Shown: one piece after another, positions 19,390 through 28,347 of the stretch
Layout of the letters: each line of letters starts with the position of its first letter
Position numbering within the stretch: position 1 is the stretch's first letter
DNA from: Acidimicrobiaceae bacterium
GTDB lineage: Bacteria; Actinomycetota; Acidimicrobiia; Acidimicrobiales; Ilumatobacteraceae
Reading direction: 5' to 3'
Assembly (NCBI GenBank): GCA_947447175.1
Contig: CANFIM010000005.1
Coordinates: 4,376-68,375, forward strand
Length of the DNA: 64,000 bases
Made by a program: the position numbers and the translations under genes
Notes under the pieces: generated by a model
Databases searched by the model: none
Told to the model about the DNA's origin: nothing
Seen by the model: only the letters and a program-made list of their open reading frames with translations

Positions 19390-20076
19390 ATGGCAGAGGT
19401 CAATTCTCATTTAGCGGGTAACTCTTTCGCGAGTCGTTGCACGTACACAGCGATCCGCGGACTTGTTGTGGCGGTTGCTGTGGGTTACACAAGAACCAAA
19501 GTGGTGGGCAAACACAACATTCCGAAAAATGAACCTTTCTTGTTATGCCCAATTCATCGGTCGAATATCGATACGCCGTTGGCCGCAGCAGTCACAAGGC
19601 GCCGAATGAGGTTCATGGGCAAGGACTCTCTCTGGAAGTTTGCGCCGATTGGATGGATTCTTTCCACTTTGGGTGCATTCCCTGTCACACGAGGGAGCGC
19701 AGATAGAGAAGCTCTCAAACGATGCATAGCTGTTCTTCAGGCGGGAGAGCCTCTCGTTCTTTTTCCTGAAGGTACGCGCCAATCTGGGCCCGTTGTACAA
19801 CCTCTTTTTGACGGTGCCGCATATGTTGCTGTGAAGGCGGGAGTTCCCATCATTCCTGTGGGTATTGGCGGTTCCGAAGGCGTTATGCCAAAGGGATCAA
19901 AGATGATTTACCCACGCAAATGCACCGTGGTTGTCGGTGAAGCCATTCGCGCTCAGTTGGACGAAGAAGGCAGAGTGCCGCGTTCGGCCGTAAAGGACAT
20001 CACGGCACAACTTTCTACAGAGCTGCAACGCCTCTACAACGAAGCCCAAATTCTGGCCGGAACGCCTAACAGTTAG
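19390..20076 (+). CDS. plsC: 1-acyl-sn-glycerol-3-phosphate acyltransferase
   Basis: ATG 19390 (MAEVNSH) lies just after the cmk stop. HRSNID (HX4D) and FPEGTR acyltransferase motifs are present. Confidence 0.8.
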   Translation: MAEVNSHLAGNSFASRCTYTAIRGLVVAVAVGYTRTKVVGKHNIPKNEPFLLCPIHRSNIDTPLAAAVTRRRMRFMGKDSLWKFAPIGWILSTLGAFPVTRGSADREALKRCIAVLQAGEPLVLFPEGTRQSGPVVQPLFDGAAYVAVKAGVPIIPVGIGGSEGVMPKGSKMIYPRKCTVVVGEAIRAQLDEEGRVPRSAVKDITAQLSTELQRLYNEAQILAGTPNS

Positions 20077-20080
20077 GCCA

Positions 20081-21316
20081 TTACGACTGCGCGAATGCAG
20101 TCATGAGGGCAACCAAATATTCGGGGTCTTCCGATCCACACATTTCTCGTGCCGAGTGCATTGACAACTGCGGAATTCCAATGTCAATTGCCTCAATGCC
20201 TAATTGTGTTGAAGTGATGGGTCCGATTGTGGAACCACACGGCATGTTGTTGCGCGACATAAACGTTTGCATGGGAATTTCAGCGCGCTCTGCAATAGAA
20301 CGAAGATGCGCAGCACCGCGAGCGGTGGTTGCATAGCGCTGGTTGCCATTCAGTTTGAGAGCTGGGCCACTATTTGGTCGGGGTGCATGACGCGGATCAT
20401 GACGTTCTAAGTAATTCGGATGCACCGCATGTGCATTGTCTGCAGAGAGGCACCAGGAACGGCTTCGCATATCAAATACTGCTCCGTCGGAAAGTCCGTG
20501 ATCTCGGTCTATTGCGGATAGAAGCGATGGAAGCAAATTACCTGCAGCCCCAGTGATGCTTTCAGAACCCACTTCTTCGTGATCATTCAACACAACTACA
20601 ACGGTGTGTTCCAACACTGGTGATGTAACAAGAGCTGTGAGAGCAGCCCAACAGGACACTTGATTGTCGAGTCGTGCGCTCACCAGCATTGATTCGTCAA
20701 CGCCGAGAATGGAGGCAGGAGCTATGTCGTACAAATGAGCATCGAATGCTGCAACTGTTGCTGCACCAGACACTTCACCAATCCAATCGGCAAATACCGG
20801 AGCGTGGACACCCCAGATAGGTGTTGCATGTTGGTGCTTATCAAGGAGCAAACCACGTTCGCTTATTTCTCTGTCGAGATGAATGGCCAACTGAGGAACT
20901 CGTGCCAGCGGTTCGTTCACATTAAACAGATGCACCTGACCATCTCGATCAATGACGCGACCTGCAATTCCTAAATCTCTGTCGAGCCAAGAATTGAGAA
21001 GCACACCGCCATAAATTTCAATTCCTAGTTGCGCCCATCCAGCCTGGGTAATGTCCGGATTGGACTGCACTCGCAAGTTGGGAGAATCTGTGTGAGCTCC
21101 GATGACGCGTAAAGCTCCGTTCTTCGAACCCTTTCTCCAGGCCACGAGCGATCCGTCTCGAATGAGGAATCCATTCTGGACAACCTCATGCGTGAGACCA
21201 CTTTGCTGAATGAAGCCAGCATCTCCCAGCAGTTGTTGAGCAGTTGCTACAACATGGAATGGAGTAGGAGAGTTGTCCAGCCACTCAATGAGGGCATCAA
21301 CACTTGTATCAACCAT
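20081..21316 (-). CDS. M18-family aminopeptidase (aspartyl aminopeptidase-like)
   Basis: Blocks NSPTPFH, GAHTDSPN and NDHEEVGS. Start set at ATG 21316 (MVDTSVDAL); the track's 21346 would overlap the upstream gene by 38 nt. Confidence 0.85.
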   Translation of the reverse strand: MVDTSVDALIEWLDNSPTPFHVVATAQQLLGDAGFIQQSGLTHEVVQNGFLIRDGSLVAWRKGSKNGALRVIGAHTDSPNLRVQSNPDITQAGWAQLGIEIYGGVLLNSWLDRDLGIAGRVIDRDGQVHLFNVNEPLARVPQLAIHLDREISERGLLLDKHQHATPIWGVHAPVFADWIGEVSGAATVAAFDAHLYDIAPASILGVDESMLVSARLDNQVSCWAALTALVTSPVLEHTVVVVLNDHEEVGSESITGAAGNLLPSLLSAIDRDHGLSDGAVFDMRSRSWCLSADNAHAVHPNYLERHDPRHAPRPNSGPALKLNGNQRYATTARGAAHLRSIAERAEIPMQTFMSRNNMPCGSTIGPITSTQLGIEAIDIGIPQLSMHSAREMCGSEDPEYLVALMTAFAQS

Positions 21317-21929
21317 GGAAAAGTCCAACGGGGAGACCAGTTCCACGAAGGTGGCTTGTTTCGTTCACAGACAAAATGCTGCGGTGTCCGGCACTGGACG
21401 CCGCAATTCGATGGATTGATGTGTAGTTGGGATAAAAGAACTGACCCTTCGTAGAGGGAAGGTCGAGGACTCTGGCGAGGTACGAGTTGATGACGCCGCC
21501 GTGGCAAGTAACCACAACTCGACCTCCACGATTGTCATTGATGATTTGTTCAAGACTTTCGTACACGCGGTTGTTGAACTCTGTTGGGTCTTCATGCAAG
21601 CCGTAGCCGCCATCTCTCATTTCCTGCCAACGAGGGTCGTTTGTAGCTTTTAACTCCTCAACAGGTATGTACTCATTCGAATGTTGATCGAACTCAGCAA
21701 CACCATCAACGTGCACTGCGATTAGTGACTTCAATTTCTCAAGTGGCTCAGCAGTTTGTACAGCGCGCTTCATGGGACTTGTGTAGATGGCATCAACATG
21801 TTCAAGGGCCATGTACTCAGCGAAGTGTCGAGCTTGAGCGCGACCATCAGGTGAAAGCTCTGGGTCTGCCGCACCTTCGGTGACTTCGCGCCGGATCGGC
21901 AAACCGTGCCGTACAAGTATTAATTCCAT
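21309..21929 (-). CDS. histidine phosphatase family protein
   Basis: ILVRHGLP (RHG motif) and VVTCHGGVIN. Start taken at ATG 21929 (MELILVRHG); the track gives 21956. Confidence 0.75.
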   Translation of the reverse strand: MELILVRHGLPIRREVTEGAADPELSPDGRAQARHFAEYMALEHVDAIYTSPMKRAVQTAEPLEKLKSLIAVHVDGVAEFDQHSNEYIPVEELKATNDPRWQEMRDGGYGLHEDPTEFNNRVYESLEQIINDNRGGRVVVTCHGGVINSYLARVLDLPSTKGQFFYPNYTSIHRIAASSAGHRSILSVNETSHLRGTGLPVGLFHG

Positions 21930-21949
21930 TGGTATGGAATGATAAGGAA

Positions 21950-22729
21950 ATGGCACGAGTCACCACGCATTCCACGACAAAAAGTGGAATCACCCTTGAT
22001 AATTCGGGGAATGGTGAGATTCTCGTTGTGCTTGTCCACGGCACCCTTGACCGTTCGGCAGGAATGGCTCGCATAGCAAGAGAGATTCCAGACGGCGTCC
22101 GTGTTCAACGATATGACCGTCGCGGGTATGCCAGATCCACAGCATTGGGCGGGCCGTTCACCGTTGAACAACACATCGCTGATTTGGTTGAAATTGTAGG
22201 TCAGCAGCCTGCAATATTGATTGGACACAGTTTTGGCGGAAACGTTGCGCTTGGTGCGGCACAACAACTAGGAAAACAAATTCTCGGAGTGAGTACATAC
22301 GAGACTCCTTTGTCGTGGATGCCTTGGTGGTCTGGTCAATCTGCAGGTTCTCGCGCAGTTGCATCTGGGTCCGAGAATGCTGCAGAAGAATTCATGATTC
22401 GTCTCATTGGCCAACGGCGGTGGGATGCACTTCCAGAAAAAACCAAGACCGACAGAAGAGCGGAGGGTGCAACGCTTGTTGGTGAGTTATCAAGCCTTCG
22501 AGTCGGTGCGCCCTGGACCCCTGAGAACATTCACTGTCCAGTGATTGCAGGAATTGGCACCAAAGCCGCCGAGCATCACAAACGTGGTGCGCACTGGATT
22601 GCTGAGCATGTTCCCCACGGCACGTTGGCCGTATTTGAAGGTGCTGGCCACGGTGCACCCGTGAGTCATGCGCCGCAGTTTTTCCAAATGTTGGTGGCCC
22701 CTCATTTGCAGAGGATGGCTTCTATTTAG
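21950..22729 (+). CDS. alpha/beta hydrolase
   Basis: ILVVLVHG and the IGHSFGG nucleophile elbow. Start at ATG 21950 (MARVTTH); the track gives 21929. Confidence 0.7.
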   Translation: MARVTTHSTTKSGITLDNSGNGEILVVLVHGTLDRSAGMARIAREIPDGVRVQRYDRRGYARSTALGGPFTVEQHIADLVEIVGQQPAILIGHSFGGNVALGAAQQLGKQILGVSTYETPLSWMPWWSGQSAGSRAVASGSENAAEEFMIRLIGQRRWDALPEKTKTDRRAEGATLVGELSSLRVGAPWTPENIHCPVIAGIGTKAAEHHKRGAHWIAEHVPHGTLAVFEGAGHGAPVSHAPQFFQMLVAPHLQRMASI

Positions 22730-23018
22730 TGGGGTTCTTCACCTTGATGGTGAGGTTCTGACCAAAAAAGGTGCAGGCAGTATTGATAGAAGCGGCAGAG
22801 GCTTGTGCTTTTACCTTGTCAGCGCAATCTGCGATTCCTGCTCGTTGGGTGTACCCGGCAACGGAGATTGCGAGAAAGATCGCCAGGGAGATGATCTTTC
22901 CCACAATTGATTTGATGGCCATCAACAAAACTATTGCGATGACCAATGAGGCGCCAGAGACCCCTAAAGCGAGGGTCTGAAGGGTTTTTGCGTCGGTTGC
23001 AGCCAATATCTGTGTCAT
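22722..23018 (-). CDS. small hypothetical membrane protein
   Basis: 98 aa with two hydrophobic helices (LALGVSGASLVIAIVLLMAI, IISLAIFLAISVAGY). No family recognised. Confidence 0.45.
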   Translation of the reverse strand: MTQILAATDAKTLQTLALGVSGASLVIAIVLLMAIKSIVGKIISLAIFLAISVAGYTQRAGIADCADKVKAQASAASINTACTFFGQNLTIKVKNPTK

Positions 23019-23059
23019 GACGACACCATAGATGCCCCGATACCCCTAGCGTTGACACC

Positions 23060-23635
23060 ATGTCTGGCCAGGAATTCACTGTTGCCATCCTGATTGGTGG
23101 GGACAGTTCCCGTATGGGGACCGATAAGGCGACTCTTGAAGTTGATGGTGTCGCTATGGCTGAACGTGTCAGCACAGCTGCCTTGGCGTCAGGCGCATCC
23201 GAAATTCTTCTCATCGGTGGACCACAAAAGCGAGCAGCCGGCTTATCTGGCCTCTGGAAGAAAGATCTTTACGCAGGTGAAGGACCGCTTGGTGGAGTAA
23301 TCACGGCGCTAAAAACTGCATCTCATGACGCAGTAGTTGTCCTCTCGTGCGACATGCCCTTCATTACGTCGTCAGTGATTGCAAGTTTGGTGCCACCGCT
23401 TTCCGAGGCACAAGCAACTGTTGGTCGAACGGACCGTTTGAACTGGTTGTGCTCTGCTTGGTCTAAATCCGAATGTCTTCCGTCTTTACAATCAGTGTGG
23501 AAGCGCAATGAACGTGCTGTTCATCGTGCCGCTGTATTGCTAGATGTTGTCGAAGTTCCCGTGCCTGCTGTGGCTGTTCGCAATATCAACACACCAGAGG
23601 ATCTCGTTGGCGATGGGGACGCCACTAACATCTGA
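23060..23635 (+). CDS. mobA: molybdenum cofactor guanylyltransferase (MobA-like NTP transferase)
   Basis: 191 aa. VAILIGGDSSRMGTDKA nucleotide-binding motif and a VLSCDMPF block. Confidence 0.75.
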   Translation: MSGQEFTVAILIGGDSSRMGTDKATLEVDGVAMAERVSTAALASGASEILLIGGPQKRAAGLSGLWKKDLYAGEGPLGGVITALKTASHDAVVVLSCDMPFITSSVIASLVPPLSEAQATVGRTDRLNWLCSAWSKSECLPSLQSVWKRNERAVHRAAVLLDVVEVPVPAVAVRNINTPEDLVGDGDATNI

Positions 23636-23637
23636 CT

Positions 23638-23967
23638 GTGGCTTTTACAGAAATTCATGCTCGCGACCTTCCTGCACTAGGAACAGTTCCCGTCATTGAT
23701 GTGCGCGAAGTTGATGAATACTTGTCAGGTCACGTACCCGGCGCTGTCAACTTTCCTTTGAGCACTCTGGTTGACTCATTCCATCTGGTTCCAAAACACG
23801 CCACCCTGTACGTGGTGTGTCAAGTGGGCGGACGCAGTGCACGAGCCTGTGAATTCCTTTCCCAACAAGATGAGTTCGCGGACTGCGCCTTTGTCAATGT
23901 GCAGGGCGGAACTGGCGCTTGGATCTTGGAAGGTAATGAGGTCGTCACTGGTGACTCACCGAACTGA
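23638..23967 (+). CDS. single-domain rhodanese sulfurtransferase
   Basis: 109 aa with a GTG start. Active-site loop is CQVGGRS. 2-nt gap after mobA. Confidence 0.8.
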   Translation: MAFTEIHARDLPALGTVPVIDVREVDEYLSGHVPGAVNFPLSTLVDSFHLVPKHATLYVVCQVGGRSARACEFLSQQDEFADCAFVNVQGGTGAWILEGNEVVTGDSPN

Positions 23968-25138
23968 CCTCTCCTTTGAGTGGATAGACACAAATTCAGA
24001 ACTTCAGGAATTTGTCTCTTACGCCCTTGGTTTTGATTCGTATTTTCTCGACACTGAGTTTCATCGCGAAAAGACCTACTTCCCTCAACTTGCACTGGTG
24101 CAAATTGCAGTAGGAACACGGATTGCACTTATCGATCCGTTGTCTGTTGATACATCAATGATGCGACCTCTGCTTGAGGGAACTGGCACATGTGTTCTTC
24201 ATGCGGCACAACAAGATCTTGATGTGTTGGCGCAGAGTTGCGGGTTTATCCCTTCACGCATTCTCGACACCCAGTTGTGCGCCGGTTTTGTTGGCTACAC
24301 GCAACCTTCACTTGCCTCACTGCTACAGGCGTATCTCAAGATCACGGTTCCTAAAGGAGACAGACTCACAGATTGGTTGCGTCGTCCTCTCACCAAGGAC
24401 CAACTCACATACGCAGCGTCTGATGTTGCGTATCTTGAAGAACTCTCCGGACTTATCTTTGGGCAGTTGAACGAAAATGGGCGAATGCAATGGGCCGTCG
24501 ACGCATGTGAGGAACTCCGCAATCGCCCTACGGGCCCCAATGCTCCAGAGGATGCATGGTTGCGAGTCAAAGATGTTCGAACCCTCAAGGGGAGAGCCCG
24601 ATGGGTTGCCCAGCAAGTGGCACTATGGCGAGAAGAGAGGGCAATGGACCTCGATCTTCCGCCGCGCCACGTTTTGTCGGACATCGCTGTTCTTGGTGTC
24701 GCTCAAAAAGCTCCTCGCAATGCTGAAGAACTTCTGCAGACCAGGGGAGTCGACAATCGCCACGCGTCCGGCGCACAAGGGCGAGCATTGCTTGATGCAA
24801 TCAAGGAAGGTGTTCATCTGTCGTCTACGGGTGACCTGCATTTCCCATCGTCAGATACCGAGGATGTGGACAAGAGCCTGAGACCCGCTGTGACCTTGGT
24901 CTCAGCATGGGTAACTGAACTGGCACGACAGAGCAATCTTGACGCAGGTTTGTTGGGTACTCGTAAAGACATTCTGGATTTATTGGGTGGGTCCTCATCT
25001 GCTCGTCTCGGAGTTGGATGGCGCGCCGACATAGTTGGACGCGACATTGAAGACCTTGTTGCAGGACGAAAAGCACTTACGTTTACTGGCAAAAATGGAG
25101 CGAACGGCCTCAAACTCATTGATGTGCCGAACGAATAG
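23951..25138 (+). CDS. rnd: ribonuclease D (DEDDy 3'-5' exonuclease + HRDC)
   Basis: YFLDTEFHREKTYFPQLALVQIA, HAAQQDL and YAASDVAYL exonuclease motifs, followed by an HRDC-like region. Start set at in-frame GTG 23951 (17-nt overlap with the rhodanese gene). The track ORF from 23771 runs through that gene in another frame. Confidence 0.8.
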   Translation: MTHRTDLSFEWIDTNSELQEFVSYALGFDSYFLDTEFHREKTYFPQLALVQIAVGTRIALIDPLSVDTSMMRPLLEGTGTCVLHAAQQDLDVLAQSCGFIPSRILDTQLCAGFVGYTQPSLASLLQAYLKITVPKGDRLTDWLRRPLTKDQLTYAASDVAYLEELSGLIFGQLNENGRMQWAVDACEELRNRPTGPNAPEDAWLRVKDVRTLKGRARWVAQQVALWREERAMDLDLPPRHVLSDIAVLGVAQKAPRNAEELLQTRGVDNRHASGAQGRALLDAIKEGVHLSSTGDLHFPSSDTEDVDKSLRPAVTLVSAWVTELARQSNLDAGLLGTRKDILDLLGGSSSARLGVGWRADIVGRDIEDLVAGRKALTFTGKNGANGLKLIDVPNE

Positions 25139-25228
25139 CGCAATTCCCGCTATTCGGTATGCCCGCCATGTATCCTGTTTCCGACTATCCCTACGGCATT
25201 CGTGCCACACAATGTTCGGAGTACGACC

Positions 25229-25441
25229 ATGAAAAAGGGTCGACATCGCCGCTTCGAAGAGGCGCGGAAACTGAAGCAAGCTGGCCCTAGTGCTGCAGAT
25301 CTCGGTTTCGGCGACTCCTCGCGGGCCAGCACAAATGAAGACGACGATGAATACGCGGCAATCGCTGAACGCTACGCCGACCTATTCGACGAAGACGACG
25401 AAGATTCCGAAGATCTCCAGGACTTCGAAGACGAACACTAA
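25229..25441 (+). CDS. small bipartite protein with basic N-terminus and acidic C-terminus (DUF3073-like by composition)
   Basis: ATG 25229 gives MKKGRHRRFEEARKLKQAG...DDDEYAAIAERYADLFDEDDEDSEDLQDFEDEH (70 aa). A GGAG-like SD is upstream. It sits directly upstream of typA. Confidence 0.5.
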   Translation: MKKGRHRRFEEARKLKQAGPSAADLGFGDSSRASTNEDDDEYAAIAERYADLFDEDDEDSEDLQDFEDEH

Positions 25442-25477
25442 GCCGGGCTCCGGCTTCTTCTAACAGAAAAACCCCCA

Positions 25478-27301
25478 ATGACCTCTCTCCGTAATGTCGC
25501 CATGGTTGCCCACGTTGACCATGGCAAAACCACTCTTGTAGACACCCTTCTGAAATCAACGGGTGCCTTTGCCGCGCACCAGCAGATCGTTGACCGTGTG
25601 ATGGACAGCGACGCCCAAGAACGTGAACGCGGCATCACAATTTTGGCCAAGGCTGCACGTATTACGTGGAACGGCGTTCTCATCAACCTTGTAGATACAC
25701 CAGGCCACGCTGACTTCGGCGGAGAAGTAGAGCGTGCACTTGCGCTCGTTGACGGCATCGTTCTTCTCGTTGACGCAGCGGAAGGCCCATTGCCTCAGAC
25801 TCGTTATGTTCTTTCTAAAGCTCTCGGCCGTGGATTGCCCGTCATCCTTGTAATTAACAAGGTTGATCGTCAAGATGCACGCCCAGCAGAAGTGCTGGAA
25901 GAGGTGGAGCAATTGTTCCTCGACATCGCCAACTCGGATGACCAACTTGCGTTCCCTGTGATTTCAGCAGTGGCTCGTGAAGGTCGCGCAATGATGGGCA
26001 TCGGCATGCCAGATGCTGACGCAGACCTTTCTTGCCTGCTTGAGACAATCATTGCAACCGTTCCTCAACCGCAAGTTGACCCTGACGCACCGCTGACGGC
26101 TCTTGTTACCAACCTCGACGCTTCTGACTATCTCGGTCGACTCGCCATTGGGCGCGTTCATAGCGGCACCATGAAAAAGGGTGACACTGTTGCTCTCTGG
26201 GGCAAGGACACTGACGGAAACCCACTGAAGCGTCGCATTGCACAACTCAGTGTTTTTGATGGCATCGGACGTACCGAAGTTGATCAGATTGTTGCCGGAG
26301 ACTTATTCGTGCTCGCCGGCATTGCAGAGGTTGAAGTAGGCGACACCATTTCGGCAGTAGAAGTAACTACTCCGTTGCCTCGCCTTGAAGTGGACGAACC
26401 AGTTATTCGCATGAGCTTTGGCGTCAACACCTCACCTTTTGCAGGGCGCGAAGGAAAGTTCGTTACAAGCCGTCACTTGCGAGATCGTCTTAATAAAGAA
26501 ATCTTGGGCAACGTGTCCATCAAGATTTCAGATACCGACTCTCCCGATGTCACAGCCGTTGCAGGACGTGGTGAATTGCAGCTTGCGGTTCTTATTGAGA
26601 ACATGCGCCGCGAAGGGTACGAACTTCAAGTAAGTCGCCCCGAAGTAATCACAAAGGAAATCAACGGTAAGAAGCACGAACCGCTTGAGTCTGGTACGTG
26701 TGACGTTCCTGATGAATATGTGGGTGCAATCACTCAAGAACTTGCACCTCGTAAGGGACGAGTCACTGATCTGCGTCCTGGTGACCCTGGTCGAACAATC
26801 GTGTCGTTCGAGGCGCCTTCTCGTGGCCTCATCGGATTCCGCTCTACTTTGATGACTTCAACACGCGGAACTGCACTTCTGAATCAAACGCACGCCGGTT
26901 GGACCCCATGGGCGGGAGAATTGCCACACCGCTTGGGTGGGGCAATGATCGCTGCGGGCATGGGCAGCACTACTGCTTATGCGCTTGACACTTTGCAGAT
27001 GCGCGGAACCTTGTTCCTTCACCCTCAAACCGAGGTGTACGAGGGCATGGTTGTAGGCGAGGGTGCTCGTGGCGAAGAGATGGTAGTGAACTGCGTTCGT
27101 GCCAAAGAAAAGAACAACATTCGTACACACAGCCATGACGACGGCATCAAGTTAGCCGCTCCTGTTGAGCACACTCTTGAGTCAGCCATCGAATGGATTG
27201 GCGATGACGAGCTTGTTGAAGTAACGCCAAAGAATATTCGTATTCGCAAGCGCGCTCTCAGTATTGAGGATCGTAAGCGCGCCTTTAAAAAAGGCAATTA
27301 A
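25478..27301 (+). CDS. typA: translational GTPase TypA/BipA
   Basis: 607 aa. G1 AHVDHGKTTL, G3 DTPGHADF and G4 NKVD motifs, with EF-G-like domains and a BipA C-terminal domain. Confidence 0.95.
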   Translation: MTSLRNVAMVAHVDHGKTTLVDTLLKSTGAFAAHQQIVDRVMDSDAQERERGITILAKAARITWNGVLINLVDTPGHADFGGEVERALALVDGIVLLVDAAEGPLPQTRYVLSKALGRGLPVILVINKVDRQDARPAEVLEEVEQLFLDIANSDDQLAFPVISAVAREGRAMMGIGMPDADADLSCLLETIIATVPQPQVDPDAPLTALVTNLDASDYLGRLAIGRVHSGTMKKGDTVALWGKDTDGNPLKRRIAQLSVFDGIGRTEVDQIVAGDLFVLAGIAEVEVGDTISAVEVTTPLPRLEVDEPVIRMSFGVNTSPFAGREGKFVTSRHLRDRLNKEILGNVSIKISDTDSPDVTAVAGRGELQLAVLIENMRREGYELQVSRPEVITKEINGKKHEPLESGTCDVPDEYVGAITQELAPRKGRVTDLRPGDPGRTIVSFEAPSRGLIGFRSTLMTSTRGTALLNQTHAGWTPWAGELPHRLGGAMIAAGMGSTTAYALDTLQMRGTLFLHPQTEVYEGMVVGEGARGEEMVVNCVRAKEKNNIRTHSHDDGIKLAAPVEHTLESAIEWIGDDELVEVTPKNIRIRKRALSIEDRKRAFKKGN

Positions 27302-27303
27302 AA

Positions 27304-27326
27304 CTCCGCGGATTCAGTCCGCAGAG
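27304..27326. terminator. short hairpin between convergent typA and the Cys-rich protein gene
   Basis: CTCCGCGGA / TCCGCAGAG gives 8 bp with one mismatch and a 5-nt loop. On the minus strand it is followed by TTTAA. Confidence 0.35.
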
Positions 27327-27334
27327 AGCCAGTG

Positions 27335-28060
27335 CTATTTCTTCTTGAGTGAAGGGTGGGGCAGCGGAACTGCCGTAGGGCGGTTCAGAAGGTTCACCAT
27401 TGTTTGGTATGACTCTGCGCCCATAATTTCAGTGAGTTCTTCTTGGAAAAAGACGTACCCAGGGTCCTTGCCCACAAATGCATCGGCAGAGTCAGTGCAC
27501 CACCAATGGAACTCGTCTCCGCCATCGCCCCAGTCACGGCGCTTCCATTCGCGAATTGTGGACACGACGTATCCGCCATCTTCAATGTGCTCTTCTAGGC
27601 GTACTGGTACTTGCCAACACACATCTGGCTTCCAATCCATATGTCGTTCGCCAGCCTCAACTGCTGCAATGTGAAATGCGCAACCGGTGCCACCCTCGAA
27701 CCCAGGTGGGTTATGGAAGATGCACGCGCCGTTCACCACGCGTGTCTTTGATTCGCCATCTTTATTAGTGGTGAACCAACCCTTATCTTTCGCCTTGTCT
27801 TTGTGCTTCCAGTGTTTGGCTTTCAAACGCTTCACGGACTTGGTGACGGACTTGAGGTCTTTCTCGTCGAGAAAATGAGCACCGAACGAGCAACACCCTT
27901 GCATCAGTTCGGGTGTTGGTTCATCGTGGACTCCCTGACAACCCTCTCCGTAAATGCACTTGAAATTGGAACGCAAAAACGTTGCATCAATCATCCAGGT
28001 TCGGAGTTCTTTCGAATCTTCAAAACTGATCCATTCATGGGGTTGGTCTTCTCTAAGCAC
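27335..28060 (-). CDS. Cys-rich hypothetical protein, possible Fe-S or zinc-binding (YkgJ/UPF0153-like pattern)
   Basis: 241 aa. Cys clusters are CIYGEGCQG...GCCSFGAHF and NGACIFHNPPGFEGGTGCAFH, plus CWQV and WWC. There is a Lys-rich insertion, KRLKAKHWKHKDKAKDKG. Confidence 0.6.
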   Translation of the reverse strand: MLREDQPHEWISFEDSKELRTWMIDATFLRSNFKCIYGEGCQGVHDEPTPELMQGCCSFGAHFLDEKDLKSVTKSVKRLKAKHWKHKDKAKDKGWFTTNKDGESKTRVVNGACIFHNPPGFEGGTGCAFHIAAVEAGERHMDWKPDVCWQVPVRLEEHIEDGGYVVSTIREWKRRDWGDGGDEFHWWCTDSADAFVGKDPGYVFFQEELTEIMGAESYQTMVNLLNRPTAVPLPHPSLKKK

Positions 28061-28152
28061 GAGTAGACACGCTACGCCATTCTGAGGTGTCTCTGCGACT
28101 CTCTGTGTTCATGTGTCAAAGTGTTCACTATCTCTTTACCTGGAGGAACTTG

Positions 28153-28347
28153 ATGGACCAGATTGAAGCCATTGCAGAAAAGTTGACATCGATTGCAGAA
28201 GAACTCAATGATCTCGCAATGCACATTCTTTCAGAGGCAATTTCAGAGGGGCAGAAAGCTCGGCCAGACACTGAAAAGCGGGTGTCGCAAGCTCGACGAT
28301 CCGTTGAGAAGGCAGTTCACCAACTCACTTCTCTTAGTGGCGATTAA
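28153..28347 (+). CDS. small helical hypothetical protein
   Basis: 64 aa from ATG 28153 (MDQIEAIAEKLTSIAEELNDLAMH). A GGAGGA SD lies 5 nt upstream. The 3' end overlaps the convergent LOG gene by 14 nt. Confidence 0.4.
   Translation: MDQIEAIAEKLTSIAEELNDLAMHILSEAISEGQKARPDTEKRVSQARRSVEKAVHQLTSLSGD

Noticed and set aside
23771-23950. Upstream part of the 455-aa RNase D track ORF
   Set aside because: It lies inside the rhodanese gene in another frame. RNase D homology begins after the in-frame GTG at 23951.
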